Source: Bacteroidales bacterium UBA3743
GTDB taxonomy: Bacteria > Bacteroidota > Bacteroidia > Bacteroidales > Paludibacteraceae
DNA: 64,000 nt
Reading direction: 5' to 3'
NCBI GenBank assembly: GCA_002371265.1
Contig: DFGT01000032.1
Location: 24,102 to 88,101 of the forward strand
Below the pieces are notes generated by a model. The model was not told the DNA's origin, did not search any database, and was given only the letters and a program-made list of their open reading frames with translations. The position numbers and the translations under genes were made by a program. Below are positions 26,858 to 36,835 of the stretch, one piece after another (the first letter of the stretch is position 1; the number at the start of each line of letters is the position of its first letter).

Positions 26858-27253
26858 TTATTTTTTCTTGGTAGCAGCACCATTCTCTTGATCACGGGCA
26901 GCCTTAGCAGCACGTGCCTCTGCAGCTTTTCTCTTCATCTCCTGCTGCTTACGGTAAGAGTCTGAGTTATCACGACCAATTGTCTTGATCACAACGATTG
27001 TATCCAATGTTGGATCGTACTTTTCAACATGCATTGTATACTCGTATCCACTCTCGTAATAGAAGTTACGGAATCCACCACAGAATGGTTCCCACTGAGT
27101 CTTATCCTTACGGCTGTAACCGCGACGGATCTGATAACAACGCTGATTGTCTTCTGTAAGAACCTTTTCAGCACTCACCTTCATAAATTCCTGTGAGTTG
27201 ATACCAGAAATAGAGCAAAGGCATGTCAAAGCAGCCATTATTATCTTTTTCAT
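26858..27253 (-). CDS. Small secreted protein with Lys/Ala-rich tail (DUF4377-like core, tentative)
   Basis: The start is trimmed to MKKIIMAALTCLC. The core FCGGFRNFYYESGYEYTMHV resembles the DUF4377 pattern as I recall it. The -7 box at 27284-27291 excludes the longer ORF. Confidence 0.6.
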   Translation of the reverse strand: MKKIIMAALTCLCSISGINSQEFMKVSAEKVLTEDNQRCYQIRRGYSRKDKTQWEPFCGGFRNFYYESGYEYTMHVEKYDPTLDTIVVIKTIGRDNSDSYRKQQEMKRKAAEARAAKAARDQENGAATKKK

Positions 27254-27283
27254 ATCCAAAATTCTTTTAAATTTTTCAAATAA

Positions 27284-27291
27284 CAAAAGTA
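27284..27291 (-). promoter_or_regulatory. Candidate -7 box TACTTTTG
   Basis: Plus-strand caaaagta lies 31 nt upstream of the ATG at 27253. Confidence 0.35.
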
Positions 27292-27390
27292 AAACATTTA
27301 GTTTGCTGACAAAAAAAAATCAGCCTATATTTTACCTAAATTCATTAATTATTGTTTTTAAAACCACAAATAGGTGTTGCTCAACATATT

Positions 27391-28743
27391 TTAAGGGTTT
27401 GTCGTTTTTACGATCTCGTTAAAATAATCCCTCACCATATTCCAGTCATAATAGTTGCCAACGACAGGTGACTTCGATTTCGGAAGTTTAACTTCACGTT
27501 CGTTAAGCAAAAATTTCACCAAATATTGGCTACCAGAAGCATTTGGACTGTTTTTACGATAAAAGACGATCTGCAGGTTACCTGCCATCGGAATCACAGA
27601 GAAATCCTGCCAAAAATTGTGAATAAGCTCCAAATCTGTGTACGACTCACCTATTCCATCAAGGTTGAGAAGAGCGACGAGTGGCAACAATCCAGTATCA
27701 TGACCAAAGCGTAAATTGGCAGCCACACCGTTGCCCGTGATAGCAGCGTCTGCTTCTTTAATGATCTGCTCCACCAAGAATTTCGCTGAGTTTTTTCCTA
27801 CTCCACCATTTAACGGACAGTTTGCATAATCCTTATACCAGTATAGGTTTTGGGCCTGCCATTGAGAAGCCAACTCATTAGTGGTAAACACCTTAGTCAA
27901 AGAGCAATTGCGTTCATCCAGATTGTCCACATCTACCCCCTGCAAAGAAATAAGCATATAATAAAGTGTTTTTACAAACCTATCCCTATTGACATATTTC
28001 TTTATCACATTCTTATTTGAGAAGATTTTGTTTAGCACTTCCTTTCCTGTATCTCGCTTCTCATAAAAAGCAGTCAACTCCGGATTGCCTTTATCTCCTG
28101 AAAAATCTCCTACCACCTTTCCATGACACATATAATTCTGGTAACGAGCACTCGCATCATTATCAATGTAAAGGTTCGGACACAACTTACTCATTTCCTG
28201 GCAAAATGCGGTCATACTCAAAGCGCAACGCACGACCGTCGTGCTTTTAGCATCTATTTTCTTATTGTCTCCAGAGAAGACGGCAGGAAAATTCTTCACC
28301 ATTCGTCTAGCAATACCACGGTGTTGCTCCCGACCCAAAGGAGTAAGATCTCCGGCACGTTTGTCGGCATCTTCGCATATCTGTTTCATCTCAACAAACA
28401 ACTGTTGTCCAAACGAAGTTAGTCCAGACTCTGCCGATGCTTTTTCAAATATGTCAACTATATATTTGTAGTCCTCCTGACTATAATGATAGCGTGAACC
28501 ATGACGTCCATAATGACTGATATAAAATGGAGAGTAGCCTTCAGGAGCGTCGGAAAGTGCTGGAAAATCATAAACTCCCGTCTGGACTTTATTGATTCCC
28601 TTTACGCTTGCTTCGTAAGAGATATAATTAGAGCTAAAGAAATCCGGTTGAGATTCCAATTGTGCATTTGTAATAGCTGCATTCAAATTATGAGAAAAAA
28701 GAAATGCAACCGACGATGTTAAAAGCAATTGTAATGCATTCAT
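27391..28743 (-). CDS. Histidine acid phosphatase family protein (MINPP/phytase-like)
   Basis: It is 450 aa with a signal peptide, the RHGSRY motif (RHGxRxP class) and a downstream GHDTGL (HD) motif. Confidence 0.8.
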   Translation of the reverse strand: MNALQLLLTSSVAFLFSHNLNAAITNAQLESQPDFFSSNYISYEASVKGINKVQTGVYDFPALSDAPEGYSPFYISHYGRHGSRYHYSQEDYKYIVDIFEKASAESGLTSFGQQLFVEMKQICEDADKRAGDLTPLGREQHRGIARRMVKNFPAVFSGDNKKIDAKSTTVVRCALSMTAFCQEMSKLCPNLYIDNDASARYQNYMCHGKVVGDFSGDKGNPELTAFYEKRDTGKEVLNKIFSNKNVIKKYVNRDRFVKTLYYMLISLQGVDVDNLDERNCSLTKVFTTNELASQWQAQNLYWYKDYANCPLNGGVGKNSAKFLVEQIIKEADAAITGNGVAANLRFGHDTGLLPLVALLNLDGIGESYTDLELIHNFWQDFSVIPMAGNLQIVFYRKNSPNASGSQYLVKFLLNEREVKLPKSKSPVVGNYYDWNMVRDYFNEIVKTTNP

Positions 28744-28775
28744 AATATTAACTGAATCTTTTTAAGGCATTTATG

Positions 28776-28783
28776 CAAAGATA
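28776..28783 (-). promoter_or_regulatory. Candidate -7 box TATCTTTG
   Basis: Plus-strand caaagata lies 33 nt upstream of the ATG at 28743. Confidence 0.4.
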
Positions 28784-28830
28784 CGAAAACCAGTGATAAC
28801 TGCGAATATTTTCGGTGCAAAGATTCATGG

Positions 28831-28871
28831 AAGAAACAAGAAAAGAGGAGCGAACTCACGTTTGCCCCTCT
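28831..28871 (-). terminator. Rho-independent terminator after glmS
   Basis: agaggagcgaac (28844-28855) pairs with gtttgcccctct (28860-28871), allowing one G-U pair and one mismatch on the minus-strand RNA. A T-rich run follows. Confidence 0.5.
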
Positions 28872-28897
28872 TCACATATAGTATAAAATTATCTTGA

Positions 28898-30742
28898 TTA
28901 CTCTACAGTAACACTTTTTGCAAGATTACGAGGCTGATCCACATCACAACCCTTAGCCACTGCAATATGGTAAGATAGAAGCTGCAATGGAATTGTTGCC
29001 AAGATTGGAACCAAGCACTCCACTGTGTCTGGAATCACGATTGAATAGTCGGCAATCTTACTTGCCACCTCGTCGCCTTCAGTCACAATTGCGATAACCT
29101 TACCCTTACGAGACTTAATTTCCTGAATATTGCTGACCACTTTCTCATAAGTAGGAGAATTTGTCGCGATCACAACCACTGGCATCTCTGCATTAATCAA
29201 TGCGATAGGACCGTGCTTCATCTCAGCTGCAGGGTAACCTTCTGCATGGATATATGAAATCTCCTTCAATTTCAACGCACCCTCCAACGCTACAGGGAAG
29301 TTGTAGCCACGGCCAAGATAGATGAAATTTGAAGCATAAGTAAAGATCCTTGAGAAATCCTTAATCTTATCGTTTTGAGCCAAGATAGACTCAATCTTCT
29401 TTGGCAATGTAAACATCTCCTCCAATACATGGTGGTAGAAATCACTGTCTATTGTATTCTTCTCCTTTGCAAGAGACAATGCCAACATAATCAAAATCTG
29501 TACCTGAGCAGTGAATGCCTTTGTTGAAGCAACTCCGATTTCTGGACCGACGTGAGTGTAGCAGCCTGCACCTGTCATTCTAGCGATACTACTTCCTACC
29601 ACATTACAAATACCGAATAGAAGTGCACCATTTTCTTTTGCAAGCTCAAGAGCAGCCAATGTATCGGCAGTCTCACCAGACTGAGAAATCGCAATAACAA
29701 CATCACTTGCATTAACAACAGGCTTACGATATCTGAACTCAGAAGAATATTCTACCTCCACTGGGATCTTAGCGAATTCCTCGATAGCATACTTTCCGAT
29801 CAAAGCTGCATGCCAACTTGTACCACATGCTGTGATAATGATACGGCTAGCTTTCATGAAGCGCTCTTTATTATCGATAAATCCACAAAGTGCAATATTA
29901 TTCATATCAACATTGATACGACCACTCGTAGCCTCCATTACCGTACGAGTCTGCTCAAAGATCTCCTTTAGCATGTAGTGCTCATAATCACCCTTCTCCA
30001 ACTCAGACAAGTTCAACTCTAGCTCCTGGATCTTTGGTGTCTTCTCCACATTGGCAATAGTAAGCACCTTAATTGCCTTTCCTTTTGTAAGGATAGCAAT
30101 TTCTTCATCAGCCAAGTAAACGACCTTGTTTGTATATTCGATAATCGGTGTGGCATCTGATGCCAAGAAATACTCGTCATTACCGATACCAACAACAAGT
30201 GGACTACTCTTTCTTGCCGCAATGATTGTCTCTGGATGTCCCTTCTCTATGACAGCAATCGCATAGGCTCCAACCACCTGGCTCAAAGCCAACTGTACAG
30301 CAGTACAAAGGTCACAATTGTTTTCCTTCTGGACAAATTCTATTAGCTGTACAAGAACCTCTGTATCTGTTGTGCTTCTGAAAGTATAGCCTTTTGAAAT
30401 CAAAGATTCCTTGATAATTGCATAGTTTTCAATAATACCGTTATGGATAAGTGCAAGATTCTCACTCTGCGAATAGTGAGGGTGTGCATTACAATCGTTT
30501 GGCTCTCCATGTGTTGCCCAACGTGTATGCGCAATACCAATTTTTCCGCTTAAATCCTTATCTCTGGCGTAAGCTTCCAAATCAGAAACTTTACCCTTCG
30601 ATTTATAAACGTTCAATCTTCCTTTGTCGTCTATCATAGCGACACCTGCGCTATCATATCCTCTATACTCAAGACGATGCAATCCCTTAATCAAAATAGG
30701 ATACGCGTCTTTAGTTCCGATATAACCAACAATTCCGCACAT
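28898..30742 (-). CDS. glmS: Glutamine--fructose-6-phosphate aminotransferase
   Basis: The start is trimmed to MCGIVGYIG (N-terminal nucleophile Cys). It has two SIS domains and the C-terminal KSVTVE. Confidence 0.95.
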   Translation of the reverse strand: MCGIVGYIGTKDAYPILIKGLHRLEYRGYDSAGVAMIDDKGRLNVYKSKGKVSDLEAYARDKDLSGKIGIAHTRWATHGEPNDCNAHPHYSQSENLALIHNGIIENYAIIKESLISKGYTFRSTTDTEVLVQLIEFVQKENNCDLCTAVQLALSQVVGAYAIAVIEKGHPETIIAARKSSPLVVGIGNDEYFLASDATPIIEYTNKVVYLADEEIAILTKGKAIKVLTIANVEKTPKIQELELNLSELEKGDYEHYMLKEIFEQTRTVMEATSGRINVDMNNIALCGFIDNKERFMKASRIIITACGTSWHAALIGKYAIEEFAKIPVEVEYSSEFRYRKPVVNASDVVIAISQSGETADTLAALELAKENGALLFGICNVVGSSIARMTGAGCYTHVGPEIGVASTKAFTAQVQILIMLALSLAKEKNTIDSDFYHHVLEEMFTLPKKIESILAQNDKIKDFSRIFTYASNFIYLGRGYNFPVALEGALKLKEISYIHAEGYPAAEMKHGPIALINAEMPVVVIATNSPTYEKVVSNIQEIKSRKGKVIAIVTEGDEVASKIADYSIVIPDTVECLVPILATIPLQLLSYHIAVAKGCDVDQPRNLAKSVTVE

Positions 30743-30770
30743 AAAATTCCAAAATTTTCTTAAATTTATG

Positions 30771-30778
30771 CAAAAATA
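30771..30778 (-). promoter_or_regulatory. Candidate -7 box TATTTTTG for glmS
   Basis: Plus-strand caaaaata lies 29 nt upstream of the ATG at 30742 and inside the over-long track ORF. Confidence 0.4.
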
Positions 30779-30928
30779 TACATTTAATATTAAAATGCAA
30801 ATGCAAAACAAAATTCAAACTCACTGTTTTCTTAAATAATGTTAACTCATTTTTAAGCAATAGTTGTCAAAACAAATTCTGACGTCGTCATCTAACAAAG
30901 ACCTTGCATACATTTGCAAATCCGATTA

Positions 30929-31729
30929 TCAACAATCAAGGCCACGAGAAAATGCTTCTTGCAACAACATGGTCTTGATTTTCGAGTTTGGCAGAATTTT
31001 TCTCAAAGGGAAAAGCAAAGAAACAGCGACATTCAAAGGAAACTTGTATCGCATATTCATTTTACAATACGCCTTTCTAAAATTAAATTGTTCAATCAAA
31101 AATGATTGAATATTCGAATGTTGAGTAACGCTTCTCCATCCTGCATTCACATAAGACAAATTACGCTCCGCCAAGTAGTGCTGATTCATCGTGAAAAATA
31201 ATCCATAAGATGGATATGTGCTGTCCAAAAATTGAGAATCTATCTTTACTGTCTCATACTCGCACATATTCTCAAAAATATGAGTAATAGACCATGCAAC
31301 TGGAGCATTATCCTCAATACGAAACATAATCCATGCCTCATAATCTTCTTTTTCCGCCACCATACGAAACCTTGCTTCTAACGACTCCTTTGTTACTGGG
31401 ACACTCTTCACTTTATATTTTGCAAATGCATTATAATAGATGTCAGCCCCATATCGTAGCATTTCATCTAATGTAGCTTTGCGTATCTCGTAAGTTTTCA
31501 AAGCTTTTCTAACCTTGGTCCTTACTTTCTTAGACAGTTCGTCCATATCACCGAACTGATCCTTGATGACAGCATAAAAACTTGTTTCTGACTGAGTGTC
31601 AAAATCAAAGGTTTCTCGTATTGCCCACCCTCCTTGCTTGAAAAGGGCCTCGCATTCCTCCTCTGTTAATCTAGAGGTGTTGTGGGGTGCATGCTCTGAC
31701 ACCCATACTTCTTTATAAAGTTTACTCAC
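30929..31729 (-). CDS. Hypothetical protein, possibly FemAB/BioF2-like GNAT-fold acyl/aminoacyl transferase
   Basis: It is 266 aa. Only a weak resemblance by eye (YVNAGWRS...QFNFRK) to Acetyltransf_6-type proteins supports the call. Confidence 0.35.
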   Translation of the reverse strand: MSKLYKEVWVSEHAPHNTSRLTEEECEALFKQGGWAIRETFDFDTQSETSFYAVIKDQFGDMDELSKKVRTKVRKALKTYEIRKATLDEMLRYGADIYYNAFAKYKVKSVPVTKESLEARFRMVAEKEDYEAWIMFRIEDNAPVAWSITHIFENMCEYETVKIDSQFLDSTYPSYGLFFTMNQHYLAERNLSYVNAGWRSVTQHSNIQSFLIEQFNFRKAYCKMNMRYKFPLNVAVSLLFPLRKILPNSKIKTMLLQEAFSRGLDC

Positions 31730-31789
31730 TTTTAGGTAAATTTAATTTCTTTCTTGGTAGTTATTATCCTAAATTTTGCAATTTTAGTC

Positions 31790-33007
31790 CTATAATCTTG
31801 ACATCGCCTCCTCCACATCAGATTTTTCCGAAAATCCGGAGAATCTAACGTAGCCTTCTCCACCAGGACAGAATCCTACACCTGGAGTGCAAACTATCGA
31901 TTTCTCATAGAGCATCTGCTCAAAGAATCTCCACGAGGTCACACCGTCTGGTGTTTTCACCCACAGATATGGTGAGTTGTCTCCTCCTGCCACCGTCAAC
32001 CCGATAGATTGCAACTTTTCTTTGATCATCATGGCATTCGTCATGTAATAATCCGCGATCTGCCGCATCTGTTTCTGTCCTTCTACTGTATATAGTGCCT
32101 CTGCCGCACACAATCCCAAATATGGAATCCCCGAAAATTTTGAAGTTTGCCGACGTCGGCATAATTGATTGAGAGACATTGCCTTTCCCATCTCTGTATA
32201 CGCCACCACTTCACTCGGAATAATTGTGAATCCGAAGTTTGTGCCGGTATATCCCGTCGTCTTTGAAAAACTCCTCAATTCGATTGCGACCTTCTGTGCT
32301 CCTTTGATCTCATATATTGAGCGCGGCACTTTTTTCTGTCTCACATAATGAGCATGCGACGCGTCATATATAATAAGTGTGTGGGTATCATTGGCATACT
32401 TAACCCATTTCTTCAACTCGTCAGTGGTAAGAGTCGTGCCTGTCGGATTGTTCGGCAGACTCAAATATACCACATCCAAACGCTCTTTGGGAATCGACGG
32501 CACAAAATTATTCTCCGCATTACATGGCAAATAGACAAGATTGCTCCATCTTCCGTCTTCCATCTTCAGACCAGAACGACCACTCATCACCGTATTATAG
32601 ATGAATGCTGGATACGACGGGTCGAACACTCCAATGATATTATCCCTGCTCAACAAATCCAACACATCTGCCGCCGCATTACGCGGGTCGTCACTGATGA
32701 ATATGTCGTCAACAGAAAGCTTTATGCCATTGCTCTCATAATCGGTTTTTAGAATCTTCGTCTCCAAAGCTTTCAATCGTTCAGGAATGTCTGTCGACTT
32801 TGTGGCATGAGACGAAGCCATCATTTCAAGGTTTTTGCGGAAAGTATCCACATATTCCCCTTGAAGGATATGGTTGGAATCTCCAGCGTCAAGATGAATC
32901 ACTTTTGAGCCGGGACGAGTTATCTTAAAAATGTTTACTTTACGGTGAATCTCCGTGAAAAGATAATTTTCAGGAAGCTTCAAGTAATCTTCGTTAAGTA
33001 ATGCCAT
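31790..33007 (-). CDS. dapL: LL-diaminopimelate aminotransferase family protein (divergent)
   Basis: It is 405 aa. MALLNEDYLKLPENYLFTEI, NNPTGT, the SFSKT PLP-lysine motif and YLWVKTPDGVTSWRFFEQMLYE are DapL-like. Several substrate-loop motifs differ from the Bacteroides DapL I recall. Confidence 0.6.
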   Translation of the reverse strand: MALLNEDYLKLPENYLFTEIHRKVNIFKITRPGSKVIHLDAGDSNHILQGEYVDTFRKNLEMMASSHATKSTDIPERLKALETKILKTDYESNGIKLSVDDIFISDDPRNAAADVLDLLSRDNIIGVFDPSYPAFIYNTVMSGRSGLKMEDGRWSNLVYLPCNAENNFVPSIPKERLDVVYLSLPNNPTGTTLTTDELKKWVKYANDTHTLIIYDASHAHYVRQKKVPRSIYEIKGAQKVAIELRSFSKTTGYTGTNFGFTIIPSEVVAYTEMGKAMSLNQLCRRRQTSKFSGIPYLGLCAAEALYTVEGQKQMRQIADYYMTNAMMIKEKLQSIGLTVAGGDNSPYLWVKTPDGVTSWRFFEQMLYEKSIVCTPGVGFCPGGEGYVRFSGFSEKSDVEEAMSRL

Positions 33008-33013
33008 CTGTGT

Positions 33014-33048
33014 TAAAAAATAAGGAGATTGAACGAATCCATCTCCTT
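33014..33048 (-). terminator. Hairpin + T-run after recJ
   Basis: AAGGAGAT (33022-33029) pairs with ATCTCCTT (33041-33048). On the minus strand it is followed by ATTTTTT. Confidence 0.4.
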
Positions 33049-33058
33049 CATTGTTATA

Positions 33059-34795
33059 CTATTTTTGAGAAAGCGGACGTATGTCCTTAATCATCAATTG
33101 TGTGTTAGAGCTTCCATTGAAGTTGTTTTCCTCAATAGTGTAGCAAATATCCACCGGATTAAATGCTTTGATATAGTCGTTGTACTCCGATAGTCCGAAG
33201 GCTATACCGTTCATGATGCACTCACTCTGTGAATCCACCAACTCGAGTTTCAAATGCTCCTTCTCCTTGCCGACGACGCGGCTTGTGCCATAGTCAAGCA
33301 CCTTACGTGTGGCAAAGACTGGCTTCATATTCTCCGGACCAAATGGGCTGAACTGTTTTAGCAGGCGCACAAACTTAGGCGTTATCTCTTTGAAATCGAT
33401 GAACGCATCAATATACTGCTGAGGTTTCTGCTGCTCAGTAGTGATATTTTCAGTGACATACTGCTCCATTCTTCTGCGGAACTCCGGCACATTCTCTGGT
33501 TTCATACGTAATCCAACGGCATACATATGACCTCCAAAGTTTTCCAGCAAGTCGCTGCAATTCTCTATCGCCTTATACAAATCAAAGCCCGACACCGAAC
33601 GTCCAGAACCAGTGGCCAAATTATTTTCCTGAGAATAAGTCAGCACAATCGTCGGCTTATAATGTAGCTCGGTCAGACGAGAAGCCACGATTCCGATAAC
33701 TCCCTGATTCCAGTTTGGATTGTAGATAACTATTGAGTTACTGCTGTCAAGCTCCTCTTTCTTATCCTCAAGTTGGGCTATAGCCTCATCCGTCACACTC
33801 TTATCTAGGTCTTTTCTCTGCTGATTGTATTTGTCAATGCAATCGCTCTTCTCACGCGCGAATGTCAGCTCTTTAGAAATCAACAGTTCCACAGCCTCAG
33901 AAGCCGTCTTTATCCTTCCCGACGCATTCAGACGCGGACCTATCTTGAATACAATATCCGAAATAGATATTTCCTTGCCTGTCAAACCACACACATCGAT
34001 AATACATTTCAAGCCAAGACTTGGGTTTGAATTCAATTGTTTCAAACCATAATAAGCCAAGATTCTGTTTTCACCAATGATTGGCACAATATCAGACGCG
34101 ATACTTACAGCAGTAAGGTCAAACAAATCGGTGAGTGTGTCAGGAGAAATACCATTGTTTATCGCGAATGCCTGCATCAGCTTAAAACCGACACCACAGG
34201 CAGACAAGTTGGAATCCGGATACGTGGAATCCTCACGTTTAGGATCTAGCACCGCGACAGCGTCCGGAAGATTGTCATCCGGAGTATGGTGATCACAAAT
34301 TATAAAGTCGATACCTTTCTCCTTGGCATAATTCACTTTGTCGACAGCCTTAATTCCACAGTCGAGAGCGATAATCAATTTGACATTTGTCTCAGACGCA
34401 TAATCAATTCCACGATATGATATTCCACTTCCCTCCACATACCTGTCAGGAATATAGAAATCGACATACGAATAGTTGAATTTCAGATATTTGTATACAA
34501 GGGCGACGGCTGTTATTCCGTCGACATCATAATCTCCGTATATAAGGATACGTTCCTTTTTGCCCATTGCCTGGTTCAGACGATCTACCGCCTTGTCCAT
34601 ATCATTCATAAAGAACGGATCATGAAGGTCTTCAATGCGTGGACGGAAGAATTTCTTGGCAGCCTCCACCGTCGTTATTCCACGACGTACAAGAAGTTGA
34701 CAAAGGATCGAACTGATGCCAAGTTCTTCCGACATCAGATCCCTCTGCTTATTTTGCTCTTCTGTAAGAGATGTATATACCCAATTTGCTGCCAT
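33059..34795 (-). CDS. recJ: Single-stranded-DNA-specific exonuclease RecJ
   Basis: The start is trimmed to MAANWVY. DHH motifs are present (IYGDYDVDGITA, DHH as CDHHTP), followed by a DHHA1 region. Confidence 0.92.
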   Translation of the reverse strand: MAANWVYTSLTEEQNKQRDLMSEELGISSILCQLLVRRGITTVEAAKKFFRPRIEDLHDPFFMNDMDKAVDRLNQAMGKKERILIYGDYDVDGITAVALVYKYLKFNYSYVDFYIPDRYVEGSGISYRGIDYASETNVKLIIALDCGIKAVDKVNYAKEKGIDFIICDHHTPDDNLPDAVAVLDPKREDSTYPDSNLSACGVGFKLMQAFAINNGISPDTLTDLFDLTAVSIASDIVPIIGENRILAYYGLKQLNSNPSLGLKCIIDVCGLTGKEISISDIVFKIGPRLNASGRIKTASEAVELLISKELTFAREKSDCIDKYNQQRKDLDKSVTDEAIAQLEDKKEELDSSNSIVIYNPNWNQGVIGIVASRLTELHYKPTIVLTYSQENNLATGSGRSVSGFDLYKAIENCSDLLENFGGHMYAVGLRMKPENVPEFRRRMEQYVTENITTEQQKPQQYIDAFIDFKEITPKFVRLLKQFSPFGPENMKPVFATRKVLDYGTSRVVGKEKEHLKLELVDSQSECIMNGIAFGLSEYNDYIKAFNPVDICYTIEENNFNGSSNTQLMIKDIRPLSQK

Positions 34796-34973
34796 ATCAC
34801 AATCTTTATTATTACATAAGAATGAAGACGAACGAAATCGACATTCTACCGCAATCAACCTTATATTTTGTAAAATTATAAAAAAAGACTAGAAAAAAAT
34901 ATCAAATCAACACAAAAAAACTCCATTCAATAAAAATAAGGAGAAACAGAGGGATGGAATGGAAAAATAGTTG

Positions 34974-34981
34974 TAAATTTG
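34974..34981 (+). promoter_or_regulatory. Candidate -7 box TAAATTTG for the ClC gene
   Basis: The plus-strand box lies 59 nt upstream of the ATG at 35040. Confidence 0.35.
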
Positions 34982-35039
34982 TTATTCGCAATTCCATCGG
35001 CATTTTGAGAATCCGAAGGAAGGAAATAAAACTACGGAA

Positions 35040-36818
35040 ATGCATAAATTACAACATAGATTTCAACAATTTTTGGTTTGGAGAGAGCATGCTATTTCGG
35101 CGAGATACTTTACAATGATACTAAGTATTTTCGTCGGTTTGTTTTGTGCTTTGGCCGCCCATGTTTTGAAAAGCATCATTGAATATCTTCACGAAGTGGC
35201 AAAGAATGCTGTGGAAGCGAGCGATGTCAATTATCTTTTCTTTGTAATGCCAATCGTTGGTATTTTTCTTGCCAGCACATTTGTACGCTACATCGTGAAA
35301 GATGACATCAGCCACGGAGTGACAAAAATATTGTATGCCATTTCACAAAGGAAAGCGGTCATCAAGGCTCACAACATGTGGTCGTCGCTCGTAGCCAGTT
35401 CACTCACCATCGGATTCGGAGGTTCCGTGGGAGCCGAGGCCCCTATCGTGCTTACCGGCTCTGCCATTGGTTCCAACCTTGGCAAGGCATTCCGTATGGA
35501 CAGAAAAACACTGATGCTTCTTGTTGGTTGCGGTGCATCTGCAGCAGTGGCAGGAATCTTTAAGGCTCCAATCACAGGCGTGCTGTTTACATTGGAAGTA
35601 TTGCTTCTCGACCTTACAATGTCGACAATCATTCCACTGCTGATCTCATCAATCACCGCAAGTGTGGTGACCTACTTCCTTTCCGGATCGGAGTTCATGT
35701 TCGGTTTCACCATCAACGACCCGTTCACTCCGTCAAGAACACCATTTTATATCGTCCTTGGTGTATTGTGTGGATTCATCTCATTATACTTCACACGCGG
35801 AATGACAAAATTGGAAGCAAGTTTCGGCACCGTACAATCACCAACCCACAAGATGGTAATCGGAGGTATAATGCTTAGCGTATTGATTTTCCTTCTTCCT
35901 CCGCTTTATGGTGAAGGTTATACCACTATCACTGCCCTGCTCGACAATGATGCTGTGAGAGTGACAGAAAACAGTGCATTCTATCAGTTCAGAGACCATT
36001 TCTGGATGCTGTTCCTATTCCTTGGACTGCTTGTGATGCTAAAGATCTTCGCTTCAGCAGCCACGAACTGTGCCGGAGGAACCGGAGGAATCTTCGCCCC
36101 AAGTCTGTTTGTGGGCTGTATAACAGGGTATCTGATGGCCATGTTAGTAAACTACACCCAATGGGTTCGTATACCTGAGAAAAATTTTGCGTTGGCAGGA
36201 ATGGCAGGTGTGATGGCAGGTGTGATGCACGCGCCTCTTACAGGAACATTCCTTATCGCCGAGTTGACGGGAGGATACGGACTCTTCGTGAGCCTGATGA
36301 TCACTGCTACTGTGGCATACATGACCATCATCGCATTTGAGCCTCACAGTCTGTATGCGCAACGTCTTGCTCTAAAAGGAGAGCTTCTTACCCATCATAA
36401 AGACAAGACCGTGCTTACCCTTCTAAAAATGGACGACGTGATTGAACGAGACTTACAGAAGTTGCGTCCAGACATGTACCTTGAAGAGCTGGTGAAGGTG
36501 ATTTCACGCACAAATCGTAATATTTATCCCGTCTTGAACAAAAAAGGACAGCTGATCGGAATCATCACCCTCGACGAAATCCGCAACGTCATGTTCCGCC
36601 CCGAATTATATACAAAATTCCAGGTGAGCGACCTCATGACAGCCCCTCCTACCATCCTTTCAATACATGATTCCATGGAATCCGTAATGAAGAAATTTGA
36701 AGACACTCAAGCTTGGGATCTGCCAGTGGTAGAAAACAATAATTATGTCGGATTCGTGTCGAAGGCTAAGATATTCAACGAATACCGCAATATCATCGTT
36801 CAGCTTTCCGAGGAATAA
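35040..36818 (+). CDS. ClC family chloride channel/antiporter with C-terminal CBS pair
   Basis: It is 592 aa and multi-pass. GFGGSVGAEAP (GxEGP-like, gating Glu) and GGIFAPSLF (GxFxP) are present, and there are two CBS-like segments at the C-terminus. Confidence 0.88.
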   Translation: MHKLQHRFQQFLVWREHAISARYFTMILSIFVGLFCALAAHVLKSIIEYLHEVAKNAVEASDVNYLFFVMPIVGIFLASTFVRYIVKDDISHGVTKILYAISQRKAVIKAHNMWSSLVASSLTIGFGGSVGAEAPIVLTGSAIGSNLGKAFRMDRKTLMLLVGCGASAAVAGIFKAPITGVLFTLEVLLLDLTMSTIIPLLISSITASVVTYFLSGSEFMFGFTINDPFTPSRTPFYIVLGVLCGFISLYFTRGMTKLEASFGTVQSPTHKMVIGGIMLSVLIFLLPPLYGEGYTTITALLDNDAVRVTENSAFYQFRDHFWMLFLFLGLLVMLKIFASAATNCAGGTGGIFAPSLFVGCITGYLMAMLVNYTQWVRIPEKNFALAGMAGVMAGVMHAPLTGTFLIAELTGGYGLFVSLMITATVAYMTIIAFEPHSLYAQRLALKGELLTHHKDKTVLTLLKMDDVIERDLQKLRPDMYLEELVKVISRTNRNIYPVLNKKGQLIGIITLDEIRNVMFRPELYTKFQVSDLMTAPPTILSIHDSMESVMKKFEDTQAWDLPVVENNNYVGFVSKAKIFNEYRNIIVQLSEE

Positions 36819-36835
36819 CGAGCGGCACAACGATC

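Noticed and set aside
34940-35039. I looked for a fluoride (crcB-motif) riboswitch upstream of the ClC gene because of GGGATGGAATGG ... CAATTCCATCGGC.
   Set aside because: The conserved riboswitch core, as I recall it, is not present. The candidate -7 box lies between the two arms, so they would not be co-transcribed, and the ClC motifs look like an ordinary Cl-/H+ type.
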